Source of the DNA: Cycas panzhihuaensis | Lineage: Eukaryota; Plantae; Cycadophyta | Reading direction: 5' to 3' | Assembly: GCA_023213395.1 (NCBI GenBank) | Contig: CM041465.1 | Coordinates: 186,937,741-187,001,740, forward strand | Length of the DNA: 64,000 bases | Part shown: piece by piece, positions 40,459 through 52,857 of the stretch | Layout of the letters: each line of letters begins with the position of its first letter | Position numbering within the stretch: the stretch's first letter is position 1 | The notes under the pieces: generated by a model | Databases searched by the model: none | Told to the model about the DNA's origin: nothing | What the model saw: only the letters and a program-made list of their open reading frames with translations | Translations under genes and position numbers: made by a program

Positions 40459-42815
40459 AGATCATAAACAAGGGTAAAAACTTATATCAAAATATCATCA
40501 TAGTATATCAAAAGAGCGTCAACATAAACTCAGCATAGAGAACTTATCTTCAGTGAAAAAATGCCAAATTGCTCACAAAGCATTCACCACCTAGAAAATC
40601 AAAAACTCCTCTCAAGAATCTAGCCCCATGCTAAGGCATGTGAAATATGTGAAGAGGTGCTAGTGATTGGCTCTATAATCTCATCTCATCCCCAAGATTG
40701 CCTAGTCAATCAAACACTCATAGCCTTAACAATCATCACAATTACAATTGCACATCACATACATAGATAGTAATACCACTATGGCTCAAATATCATTTCA
40801 AACATCTTAACATAGAAAAGCACTATGGCTTAATCTCAACAACACTTTGGCTCAAATTATCATTCTAGGCATTCCAACATGAAAAACAATCAAACCTCAC
40901 ACAGTAGCATCACACTATACATGGCATCCCACCATGTCAAAAGTACATCCACATGAGTTATGTCAGCTTGCCCATATCTCCCCCTAACACATCACCAAGG
41001 CCCTTTAGCATCTCACCAAAGTTAAGCAACCATACTCACAACAATATAAAATTCAATGTACTACTGCCAAGCATCAGCCTCACATATCATCCATAGCAAA
41101 ATCCATCATAGATTCAATCATAAGCATGCAAAAATCAAAAGCCAAAACTCAAGTAATAATGCCAACAAAACACAATTTGAATTCACATACAGGGACCCAT
41201 TGAGTTAGGACAATAGATCAAGCATTGGAAGAGCTTTCATATGCCAAACAAAGTCGCTTATGTTCAAAACTTGAATGCCCCATTTAAAACAAAGGCCAAA
41301 TCTCAACATGAGAATTTTTTAAAATTTTCAATAAAGTGCCATTCCATTATTTTATATGGCAATTCAACTGCCTCAAAGATTAGCCACCATTTACCTTAGT
41401 CGCCTTTGATTAAAGCCAAATTGGGGAATAATTAAATCTAATTCCCCTTTTAATCTCATCTTAGAATGGTTAAACACACATAGGTAGGAAATCATTTAAC
41501 ATGCTATCAACTTCATTTATTATCAAGTAGGCTCACACCAAAGGGGCTTAGGACATTAATGATCAAGGCATAAAACATGATCCCCGAGGAATTCCTCCTT
41601 CACTCATTTCACATGCCCCCCATTATTTCTCTTAAAGCAATATGACTATTTGCTCTTATTAATAGTGGGTTTAATCTTCATCATGTACATGCATTTGGGC
41701 ACTCGGCCACCATAAAATAATATACATGCATAGGCCTCTTGCCTCAATGTTACATAACACAGTAGCACAATATCAATAACGTACCGAGGTGAACCCCTCA
41801 CACCCAATAACCAATATCACTCAGTTCCCACTCCACAACAAAAGGGATGATTACATCTCAATATAGCATGAAACATAAAATGACAAAATATGCAATAAAG
41901 TATATACAATGAAATGTATAAGATGTACAATGCGATGTTACACTCCTCCCCTCCTCGAAAGGAGCATCATCCTCAATACAACCATGTAACGTGGACAAAT
42001 AAGGTACTACTACTGTATTGCATTTGCAAGTTCCCAGGTGGCCTCTTCTGGTTATAAGTACTCCCATCATACCTTAACTTGCTCTATGATTTGGTTCTAT
42101 AAAATCTCTGTGTTTTGGTCCAATATCCAAATAGGTTGCACCTGAAATCATGCTACTAATTCCACCCAGATGATAAACTAATCAACAATGTGGTTAGGAT
42201 CATGTATGTGCTTTTTCAATAATGAAACATAAAATACATCATGCAGACTAATGCTAGGTGGTAATGCAAGTCAATATGGAACAAGCCTCATTTTCTCCAG
42301 AATCTCAAACAGTCTACAATATCTTGTTACTAGCTTCTTACACTTTTCCTACTTGGAGGAACCTTGTTTTGGTCTAACACGAAGAAACACGTGATCTCCA
42401 ACTTCAAGCTCTTTTCTTGTGCCTTTCATATCAACAAAGCTCTTTCATTGATCTTATGTTATTTTAAGATGCCTTTTTATGCAACTTGTTCCTCCATTTT
42501 ATGTAATAATTCTAAGCCAATAATATGTCTGTCTTCTAAATTTTCCCAACTTAATGAAGCATTGCATTTTCATGCATATAACATTTTGAATGGGCTCATG
42601 TTAATAGATGCATGATAGCTATTGTTATAAGCAAACTCTACTAAACATAAATAGTCTTCTCATTTAGATGGTCGTTACATCACATACATATATAATACAT
42701 CTTCAAGCACTTGACTAACTCATTCTATTTGCCTATTTATTTCAAAATGATAAGTTGTGCTAAATTTCAATTTAGTACCTAAATCTTTGAGTAATTCCTG
42801 TCAAAATCTAGATGT

Positions 42816-45800
42816 TGCTAAAACTCTTGAACATAAATGATAAAAATGGTTGTGTATTGATGATGGAGAGAATGCCTCCTTAACTATACATGATAGAATG
42901 TAATCGTTACAAATCAAATTATAATTGAAGAATCTGTGGATGACACATGTCAGGTCTATAATAGGAGTTACATAATGAGGGGTTTGTAACATTACCCCTT
43001 AAAGACCTAGGATAAAACATTATATTCTAACACCCTCTCTTAATGTTTTATCCTTTTTAGTCCTATTCTATCTCTAAGAATTTAAAATCTATCTCTGCCA
43101 AGTGGTTTTGTCAGAATATCTGCAATTTGTTTTGTTGTGGGACAGTATGCTAAATCAACTTCTTTGCTTTGCACCTTCTCTCGTATAAAATGATGTTGTA
43201 CTTCTATGTGCTTCGTTCATGCATGGAGAATAGGATTTTTGGTCAATTTGATAGCACTTTGATTATCACAATTCGGTATTGTTGGCCCTTAGTCTATCAG
43301 AAGTTGTCTTAACCAAATGGCTTCACATGCTGCATTGACTGCAGATTTGTATTCAGCTTCAGTTGAGGAAAGTGCAACTGTTGCTTGTCTTTTACTACTC
43401 CATGAAATGACGACCAGTCCTAGGAAGAAACAGTATCCACTTGTGGATTTTCTTTGTTCTTTATCTCTAGCCCAATCTGAGTCATAGAATCCTAACAATT
43501 GAGGCAACTTCTTCTTTGGATAGACCAGTTTCAAATCAATCATTCCTTTTAGATACCTTAGGATTCTTTTTGTTGCTTTCCAATGTTTTACTTTTGACTC
43601 CTGCATGTATCTTGAAACTAGTCCCACAGAATATGAGATATCAAGCCTAGTGGCAGTAGGGTAGATTAGACTACCAATCAACTGTCTGCACAGAGTAGCA
43701 TTAGCTTGCGGTTCTTCTTCACCAGGGACCAAATTGTAGTTAATTTCCATGGGGGTTGCACAAGGGTTGCAACTTTCCATTTGGAATTTGGTCAGTCAGT
43801 CTTTGATGTACTTACTTTGGGACAGTGTGATTGAGTCCTTATTTTGACTGACCTCTATCCCTAGATAATAACTTAGAAATCCTAAATCAGTCATTTCAAA
43901 TTCCTTTTCTAGCTGACTCGATATTTGAGATTAATTCATCATCACTTCTAGTATGGATCATATCATCTACGTATACAACTATTATCGTAATCAGCCTATT
44001 CCTTTTTCTTACATACAGGCTCGAGTCTGAGCCACCTCGATGAAAATTGTTTTGACAAAGATGTTTATCCAACTTGCAATACCAAGCACAAGGAGCCTAT
44101 TTTAGCCCGTACAATGCTTTCTTCAACTTTCATACCAAATGTTCTTCTCCTTCTTGGATGTAGCCTTCTGTCTACTTCATGTAGACGTCCTCACTCAGTT
44201 CCCCATTCAAGAAGGCACTTTTCACATCCAACTAATAAACTTTCTAGTTTTGTTGGGATGCTAGTGCAATCACTATTCTTACAGTGTTTAGTTTGGCCAC
44301 AGGAGAAAATATTTCTTCAAAGTCTACTCCTGTTGTCTGTGTGTAGCCTTTTGCAACAAGTCTAGCTTTGTGTTTTTCTATTTTGCCATTGGACCCTTCC
44401 TTGATTTTATAGATCCATTTGCAGTTAACCATTGGTTTGTTGGGAGGTAATTTGACTAGTTCCCAAGTCTGATTTTTTACAATGGAGTTCATTTCTAAGT
44501 CCATTGCTCTTCTCCATTCAATCTAATCTTTTTCTTCTTCCAAAGATTGTGGTTCAATACTATTGTACAAGGCTCGATGTCTCTAACTTCTAGTTTTATG
44601 TGTAAATATATCTCCTTTTCCTTCTTCGATAGTTTTGATGTACCATTTTGGTACTTTCTTTTCATTCTTTGGTTCTTCTTCAGTGACTGAACCTTCGAAT
44701 GTTTGTTCCACTCCTTCAGATGGTGAGTCTTCATGTGAAATAGGTAATGCTTCTAGGATTTCTTCTGAGATTAGCCTAGATGTTTCTTCCATGGGAATTT
44801 CTTGAGGCATTGCCTTTGGCATTTCTTCAATTATTTGAATTTGGGACTAGCTTTCTATGGCATCTTCTTCATTGAACACAGTGTCTCTACTTACATAGAT
44901 CTTAATGGTTTTTTGATCTATGCATTTGTAAGCCTTTGACTTCTTGTTGTATCCTATCATGATACACTCTATGCTCTTGGAATCAAGTTTTGACCTCCTT
45001 TTGTTAAGTATGTGGACAACGGCCTGACACCCAAATACCTTTAAATTACTTACATCAAGTTTTCTACCTATCCATGCTTCCTCGGAGTGATCTGTTCTAG
45101 TGCCCTTGTTGGATTTCAATTATCAAGTAGCATGTTGTGCTCACTACTTCTACCCAGTAGGTTTTTAAAACCTGCTTCCCATAGACCATGTTGCAAACCA
45201 TTTCCATAATGGTCCTATTTTTCCTCTATGCAACCCCATTGGATTGAGGTGTATAGGGGGTTGTAAATTATCTACGTATCCCATTTATTTTACAAAAGTT
45301 CAAGAATTCCTTTGAAATATACTCACCACCACCATCAGACCTAATGCACTTTATTTTGGCTCCTGATTCCAATTCCACTTCTGCATTAAACTCTTTGAAA
45401 GTCTCAAAGACTTCTGATTTATTATGGAGAAAATAAATCCACACTTTCCTAGTAAGATCATTAATAAAGGTTAGAAAATACCTACAGCCATTGGTTGAAT
45501 GTGGAGTAAAAGGTCCACATAGGTCTGTATGAATTAACTCTAACTTGTTTTGAACTCGCCACTCACTTTCTCTGAAAGGGAGCGGATGTTGCTTTCCAAA
45601 CTGACAACCTTTACAAATAAAATTATCAGATGTGACGGAAGGCAATCCATGAACCATTCCTCCTTTTTTCATTAACTTTAATTTATCTGAAGGAAGATGC
45701 ATGTACTTCAAATGTCACATTTTATCATTAACATCAAGATTTACAACAGTACAAGCTTTTACATCCATATTGGGGATTACAGGGTCAGAGAGCAACCTAT

Positions 45801-48025
45801 ACAAGTTATTACTTCTTATGCTCTTTGCAATTACATTACCATTGTTTTTCATGTCCAGGATATAACAGTTCCCTTCTTCATCAAAAATGGTTCTTAACTT
45901 TTTCTTGCTAAGTTGTGATATTGAGAGAAGATTCATTTTTAACCCCAATACAAGCAATACATTTCCAATTTTCTTTATATTGCCTTGCAGATTGACAATT
46001 ATAATTCCAACTCCTTTTATGTACAAGGGGTACTTGTTTCCCAATTCAATTGATTTGTCGGTGGTGTAGGGTTTGAGAGACTCAAACCAATCCTCTTTGT
46101 TGGTCATATGTTGGGATGCTCCAGAGTTGACATACTATATATCTTTGTCTTGAAGATCTACAGTTAGGGCAACAATAAACATTGTTTCTTCCTCTTCTTC
46201 TTCTTTCTGCTCCTTGTTGTAATTCCCTACCAGTCTTTTCCCTCTCTAGATGTCAGCTCTCCTTGGTGGGCATTGATAGGGATAGTGTCCTAGCTGACCA
46301 CAATGATAACAAAGATCAAATGCCTTACAAGAACTTGAAAAATGATTGGGCTTACCACAGTTGTAGCATATTCTTGTATCCCTTGGATTTGTGTGTCCTC
46401 GTCCCCTACTGTCTTGCCACCAGCCACGAGGTGGATTCCTGCCTTCTCGAGTTCGTTGTCTTCCTCTGGATTGACTTCATCCTTTGGGTCCCAAGGTTAG
46501 CCTGGTCATGAAAGCATCTTCTATTTCTACAAATTCTTCATAGTGTTTATTCCTTTGGTCTTGTCTCAACAATAAACTAGTTAGAGCATCTTGAGTCATC
46601 TTGTCAATCTAGTTATTGTTGGTTATGGTGTTGATAGTCACATCAAATGACTTTGGTAATTTATTTGCTATCATCTCCACTGCTTATTATTCTAAGATGG
46701 TGGCCCCAACACTCAAGAGATGATTTCTTATTGAAATAACCTTATGTATAAAATTAGATATTGTATCTGTTTTCTTCATATATAGCTTGAATAATTCCTC
46801 CTTGAGGGCAATTATTCTAGCCTTGTTTTTCTAGCTATATAGATTTTCAAAGCATTTCCATATTGTAGAGGTCATTTTCTCCACATAAACAAGAAGTGGG
46901 TCTGAAATTAAGAGCTTTAAGATTATTACTCTAGCATTGTCCCTTTCTTCCCAGTTTGCTAGATTTGTGCTTGTGGCAGTAGGCTTTACTTCAGTTCCAC
47001 TAGCAATATTCCAAGCATTTTTTGCTCCCAATAACATCTCTATTTTAATTTTCCAGACATGATAGTTTGTGTCTGTTAATTTGTCCTGATCAAACAAGGC
47101 TAAGATTGATGAAGCCATTAACAGAAAAGGAAACAAATTCTGTGTAGATTTGACTGTACAAAAGTATGGATTTCCATACAAAACCCTAACTATACGATCA
47201 GGTATAAAGTGTACCTCAAAAGAAAGCTCTCTTCAAGGAGATTACAGATCTATAACTGTTTTCTTAAAACAATCTTCTGATTGAAAGAAAATCAGCCCAA
47301 AAACTAGAAAGGGGTGACTAGGGTTTTACACGAAAATGCTTCAAATTCACCAAATCTTTCACCAAATTCAATGAAATTGGTCTCAAAATCTTTGAATTAT
47401 GGGGACGCAAGAGTTATGAGTAGATTTACTCAAAAAATTGAGTGATTTTTGAAGAGAATTGATGGAGAACCTCAAAATCCACACAGACTGTAAAACAGGC
47501 CAAAACTACCTCAAGATAAGCTCTGATGTCTTTGAGCCAGTTGAGAAGTATGATGTTTGTGCCTTGATCTATCTGCTAGTTAATTTTCACTTGATTCTGA
47601 GCACTTTGAAAATTTTGTGTATGTACAGGTCCATGTAGCCCCGTACAATTCTATATAGTTTCAATTATGCGACTCTCTTTCTCCTTCTAAGGGATTCAAC
47701 TCCTTCCCTTTCAACTAGGTACTTTAACCCTTGAATTTTGCTTCAGTATTGATTACAGAGACTAACCTTCTTATCTTCAGGCGGTCAAACTAACCTACTC
47801 TGATATCATGTTAAAACTCTTGAATAGAAATGATAAAAATGGTTGTGTATTGATGATGGAGAGAATGCCTCCTTAAATATACATGATAGAATGTAATCAT
47901 TACAAATCAAATTGTAACTAAAGAATTTGCGGATGACACATGTCAGGTCTATAATAGGAGTTACATAATGAGGGGTTTATAACATTACCCCTTAAAGACC
48001 TAGGATAAAACATTATATTCTAATA
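42816..48025 (-). mobile_element. Full-length Ty1/copia element F (5210 bp) inserted in the integrase of H; same clade as A
   Basis: 217-bp LTRs 42816-43032 and 47809-48025 (~12 differences), perfect TSD gatgt, PBS actctgatatca 47797-47808, PPT ccctctctt. gag from ~47118, integrase 45711-45268 (RSDGGGEY), RT and RNase H 44504-43040. The LTR start tgttagaatataatgttttatcct is shared with A. Confidence 0.97.
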
Positions 48026-48568
48026 GATGTGAACTTTACATGTCTATCAAAAACGATTGCCCTTAGAATTCTATGGAGCTGCACCACCTCTCTCGTAAAA
48101 ATTGTTGTTATGTCAACTACTTTGTGCATCAACCACACAAGAAAGAATTGAGCCAATTTGATAAGCTTGTTGACCACCCCCATGATAGAATCATTCTTCT
48201 TTACATTTTTTGGTAACCCTAATATAAAATCGATGGAGACAATTTCTCACTTTCATTGTGGAATTTCCAGTGGTTGTAATAATCCAACAGAATGTCAATG
48301 TTCTACTTTAACCTTTTGGTATTGCAAACATTGAGCGGCATAATCAACTATAACCCTCTTCATTGTTGGCAAAAAGTAATTCCTCTTTATTGCCATTTAA
48401 GATTTTCTAATACCCTAGATGTGCTACATATGGTACATCATGAGATCTCCCATGATCAATTTTCTTGTTACAATATCATTTGACATATACTCATTGTCGA
48501 AACAAAAGAGGCCTATCATCTGATAGTTGATAATCTACATACTTATGTAATAGTTTATCATTCATCTA

Positions 48569-48964
48569 TTCATGTCATCCTTGCTTATCAAGTGGTGTGA
48601 AAACATTGAAAGAAGAGGAAAAAAATGCAGAACTCTGAAGTGTCATTCTATTAAATCCTTAAAGTATAAATACATGAGTGAGAGGTTTGCATGATGGACA
48701 CTTGTCACCCATGTGTTACCTGTTATTTGTACATTAGAACAATAAGGAAAGAATCAAAAAAGAATGAAGAGATAAGAAAGAATAAAAAAGGAAAGGAGGA
48801 AAAAAGAATAAAGAATGATTGATCGAGGAATTCCTTCACCCCTTTATAGCATTCATCACCCATTAACTATTCCTTTATAGTTGTCTTCAAGTTCGATTGA
48901 GCAACACTAATGGAGATGGTGTATGTCGATTTCAAGCCTAGTCAAATGCTATAAACGTGAATCA
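48569..48964. repeat. Probable solo LTR (~396 bp) inserted in the pol of H
   Basis: Flanked by atcta (48564-48568 and 48965-48969) and ends in CA. Non-coding AT-rich insert between RNase H and the YQLSDD..LLF integrase-proximal segment. 5' TG not intact. Confidence 0.55.
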
Positions 48965-51900
48965 ATCTAAATTCTTGTAATACATTGTAGACTTAAGTAG
49001 GTCTTGAATCTAATCAAGCATCATTATAAGTTGAAATGGCACATATCAGTCTTGAATCTAGTTCAATGGCATCGATAGAGTCAACATACCTCTGACAACA
49101 TAGAGCATCTATAGTCTTATTCTTCTTTCCCTTGACACTTTTTATGTCAAAGTTATACTCACTTAAGAATTCCCATCTCCTTTGTCTAGCATTTATTTGT
49201 GGTTGCATGAAGAGATATTTTAGACTGTCACGATGAATCCTTAACTCAAATACCCTTCCTAGTAAATAAATAATGCCTCCACATTTTCAAGGTGTGTGCA
49301 ACTGCAACTAATTCCAAATCATGTATTGGGTAGTTCATTTCATGTTCCATCAACTTTCATGAATCATAAGCAATCAACTTCTCGGTTTGCATAAACACTC
49401 CTCCAATGCCTTATGCACATGCATCTGTGCATACCACACAATCTACACTAGGATCTAGCAGGGTAAGTATTAGCATAAGGGTAAGCAATTTCTTTAATTA
49501 TTGAAATCTTTCTTTACACTTGCCACTCCATTCAAACTTTGTTCCTTTCCTCTATAAAGAGGCGATTGAATAAGCAATCTTAAAGAACCCTTCAACATGC
49601 CATCAATAGTATTTCATGAGTCCCATGAAATTCCTCACCTCAAAAACATTTTTGGGAGTAAGCCATTCTATAATAGCTTTGATATTTTGTGGATTAATTG
49701 AAATTTCTTCTTGAAAAATTATATGCCAAAATATTGCACCTACTTCTAATAGAATTCACATTTGCTCAATTTAACATATAACTTATACTCCCTTAAAAGT
49801 TGCAACACCTTCTTAAAATGCTCACCATGTTCTTGGTTTGACTTGGAGTAGATTAGAATGTCAACTAAGAACACACGCATAAATTTGCCCAAATAGAGTC
49901 AAAACACACTGATCATGAGATACATAAATGTGGTTGGGACATTCATCAAGCCAAATTGTAATACTACAAATTCATAATGTCCATACTAGGTTCAAAATGT
50001 TATTTTGTGAATATCTTCATCTTTGATTCGAATTTGATGATATCCTAGCCTTAAAGTCGATCTCAAAAAGCTCTTTAGCTCCTCTCATTTGATTGAATAA
50101 ATCAACAATCCTAGGAAGAGATCATTTATTCTTTATTGTCACATTATTCAACTATTAGTAATCAATATACAACTATAATGTTCCATCCTTCTCCTTCAAG
50201 AATAGAATAGGTGCTCCCCATGGTGATGCACTAAGTCGAATAAAGCCCCTTATCCAACAATTCTTGCAATTATATTTTCACTTCCAGTAGTTCTAGACTC
50301 GGCATATGATATGATGCTTTAGAAATGGGTTCTGCTCCTGGAATCAACTCGATGGCATAATCCTCCTCTTTTTTAGATGACAAGCCTAGTAATTCATTTG
50401 AAAATAGATTAAAAAATTCTTGTAATATTAGATAATCTTCTAGTTTAGGGCCTTTCTGTCCACTTTCATCATTAGCATATGCTATATAGAGTAGACATCA
50501 TTTCCAAATGTTCCATTTGACTTGTGTGGCAAAAATTAGTCAAATAATGATGGGTCTCTCTTCCCCTTATATGACTCTAGGGAAACCCTCATCATTTAAA
50601 CATTCTACCACCTTATTATAGCAATCAATTTTAGCTCGATGGTGCTCTAAGCATTGAAGACCAATTATAGCAAAGTAGTCTCCAAGTGGCAAAACTTGGA
50701 AAGTGTCATAGCTACTCCATCCTTCCCACTCTAATTTGCAATTTAGAATGAATTCAATTACCATTCTCATGGTTCCATTTACCATTTGCACAATCTACTC
50801 ATCATAATGCTTGTTGGGCCCCAATTTACACCTTTCTACAACTCATGGTGATATAAAATTATGACCACTACTAAATTCAATCAATATAGAATAGTTTGAT
50901 CATACACTTTACCTTGTACATGCCCCATGGTCAATTGGTAGTCTGCTTGTCATCCATCTATTGCAGTATACATTCTTATGGGTTGCTTTCCTTTTATTGC
51001 ATTAACTACATTTGGTTGCATACTAATGTTATAGGATTGTCCTCTTGCACCTAGCCATTTTGGACATTCCTAAGCGGTGTCCTTTTTCACTATAACAAAA
51101 ACAAGTATCCTTGGGAAAATCTAGAGGAGTGCAACTAGCCTCTAGTACACTTTGGGGTTGATATGTATTCTTCATGCCTTGTCAAGGAGAAGGAGGTGTA
51201 AATCCCCTCTTTCATTGTTCCTACTTTTGTTTGAAGCTTGTCCTTTCATCTGAAACGATGATCTTGTCACTCTACCCATTGATCCTCACAATGTTTTGCC
51301 TTTCTTATTGCCTTGTCTAATTCCATTGGTTCTAAGATTTTTATTTTGCCTCTAGTTGTTTCATTTAGACCATTTATAAACTTGTTCACCTTCACCCTTT
51401 TTTCAAGGATATAAGAAGCATACTTTAAAAGACTTATGAATCACCTTTCATACTCTTCAACTATCATCTGTCCTTGGCTTAACTCATAGAAGGATTCTAC
51501 TTCCTTCTCAAAATAATACTCAAAAAAGCATTTTTGCTCAAAATACTTGGAGAATTACTCAATCATAATTCCTTTTCCTTGATACTCTTTACTCTCTTAT
51601 AGTGTTCCCACCATAATGACATGTTTCCAATAAAAATATAAATTGCTATCTTTGCCTTCTCCCTTGAGGTGAAGTCATGAAGTTGGAGGGACTTCTTCAT
51701 ATTTACAAGCCAAGCTTTTGCTTTATCACCATTCTTAACTTCACCACTAAAGGTGGGGAGACTAGCTTTTTGGAATTCATATCGCAAACATTTCTTTGTT
51801 GGACTACAACTTCTTGGTCTCTTGCCTCTTGTGGAGGATGGAGTGGAGCCTTAAACTTTAGTTGCACTAGAGGTTGATCTTTAACTGTTATTTCTCATAC

Positions 51901-52857
51901 TAATACTTTGTTCTCTAATCCTTTTACTTGAATCTCTCCTTGTTGAATATTCTTATGTTATGCATATTCTACCATCCCTATAAATATTCTGAACTTTCAT
52001 TCTTGGTCAATCTCACTCCATTGTCCTCTAAATGTTCATAAGCTCCTCCAAGATTCAACCATTATCTTCTTTGAAATTGTGAATTTGTTCTTGGAAACTA
52101 CAAACAGTTTCAACAAGCTCTACTTGGGACATCTTTGGTTTTCTTCTTGTCATTGATCCTCTCCAATCCCATATTTTTGTCATATGGGTCTCCTTGGCTA
52201 AATTGCCCAAACTGTATACCACTCATCCTTCTAGTTCCTTTTATTCCCTTCACAATGTTGACTCTTTATGAAATGCAAAACAATGTAGAATTTGCCCATA
52301 TACATAAAGGAAGAAAAGTCCGAAAATGTCAATATTAGTCCTAGGCACTTACAAGGGAGTTACACTAAATTTTTCGGTTTGAGGGTCTCCTAGGGAATAG
52401 TGAAATTTTCAGTCCAAAGAAAGTTTCTCAATTTCTATTAAGAAGCAGTTGGAACAAAAGAAGATTTAGGTGCAAAACATTAAAATGCCTTTGCTTATCA
52501 ATTCAACAAATTCCAAGCTAGAATTCGCAAGTTACAACATCAACAAACATAACCACAAATTATGTGATTGTCGTCAAATGGTGCATAGTTGGCTCAGGAA
52601 CTGTTAAGGACAAATCTACCTAAAATGATGTTGTAGTGCTTCCTCTAAAACTTCACGTCGATCTAAGCTTACAATAGAAAGCTATGGCTTCTAAAACAAA
52701 ATTTCTTATATATATACATATATATATTCTTTTCTCTTCTTTTCCACTCCACAAAATCTCTAAAGTTTATGAAGTTCATTTCAACACCTTGGTAATTGAC
52801 CTTAGCCACCTAGTGTACTCTTCTGCAAATTATGCTACTTTCTAAAATGTTCATTTA

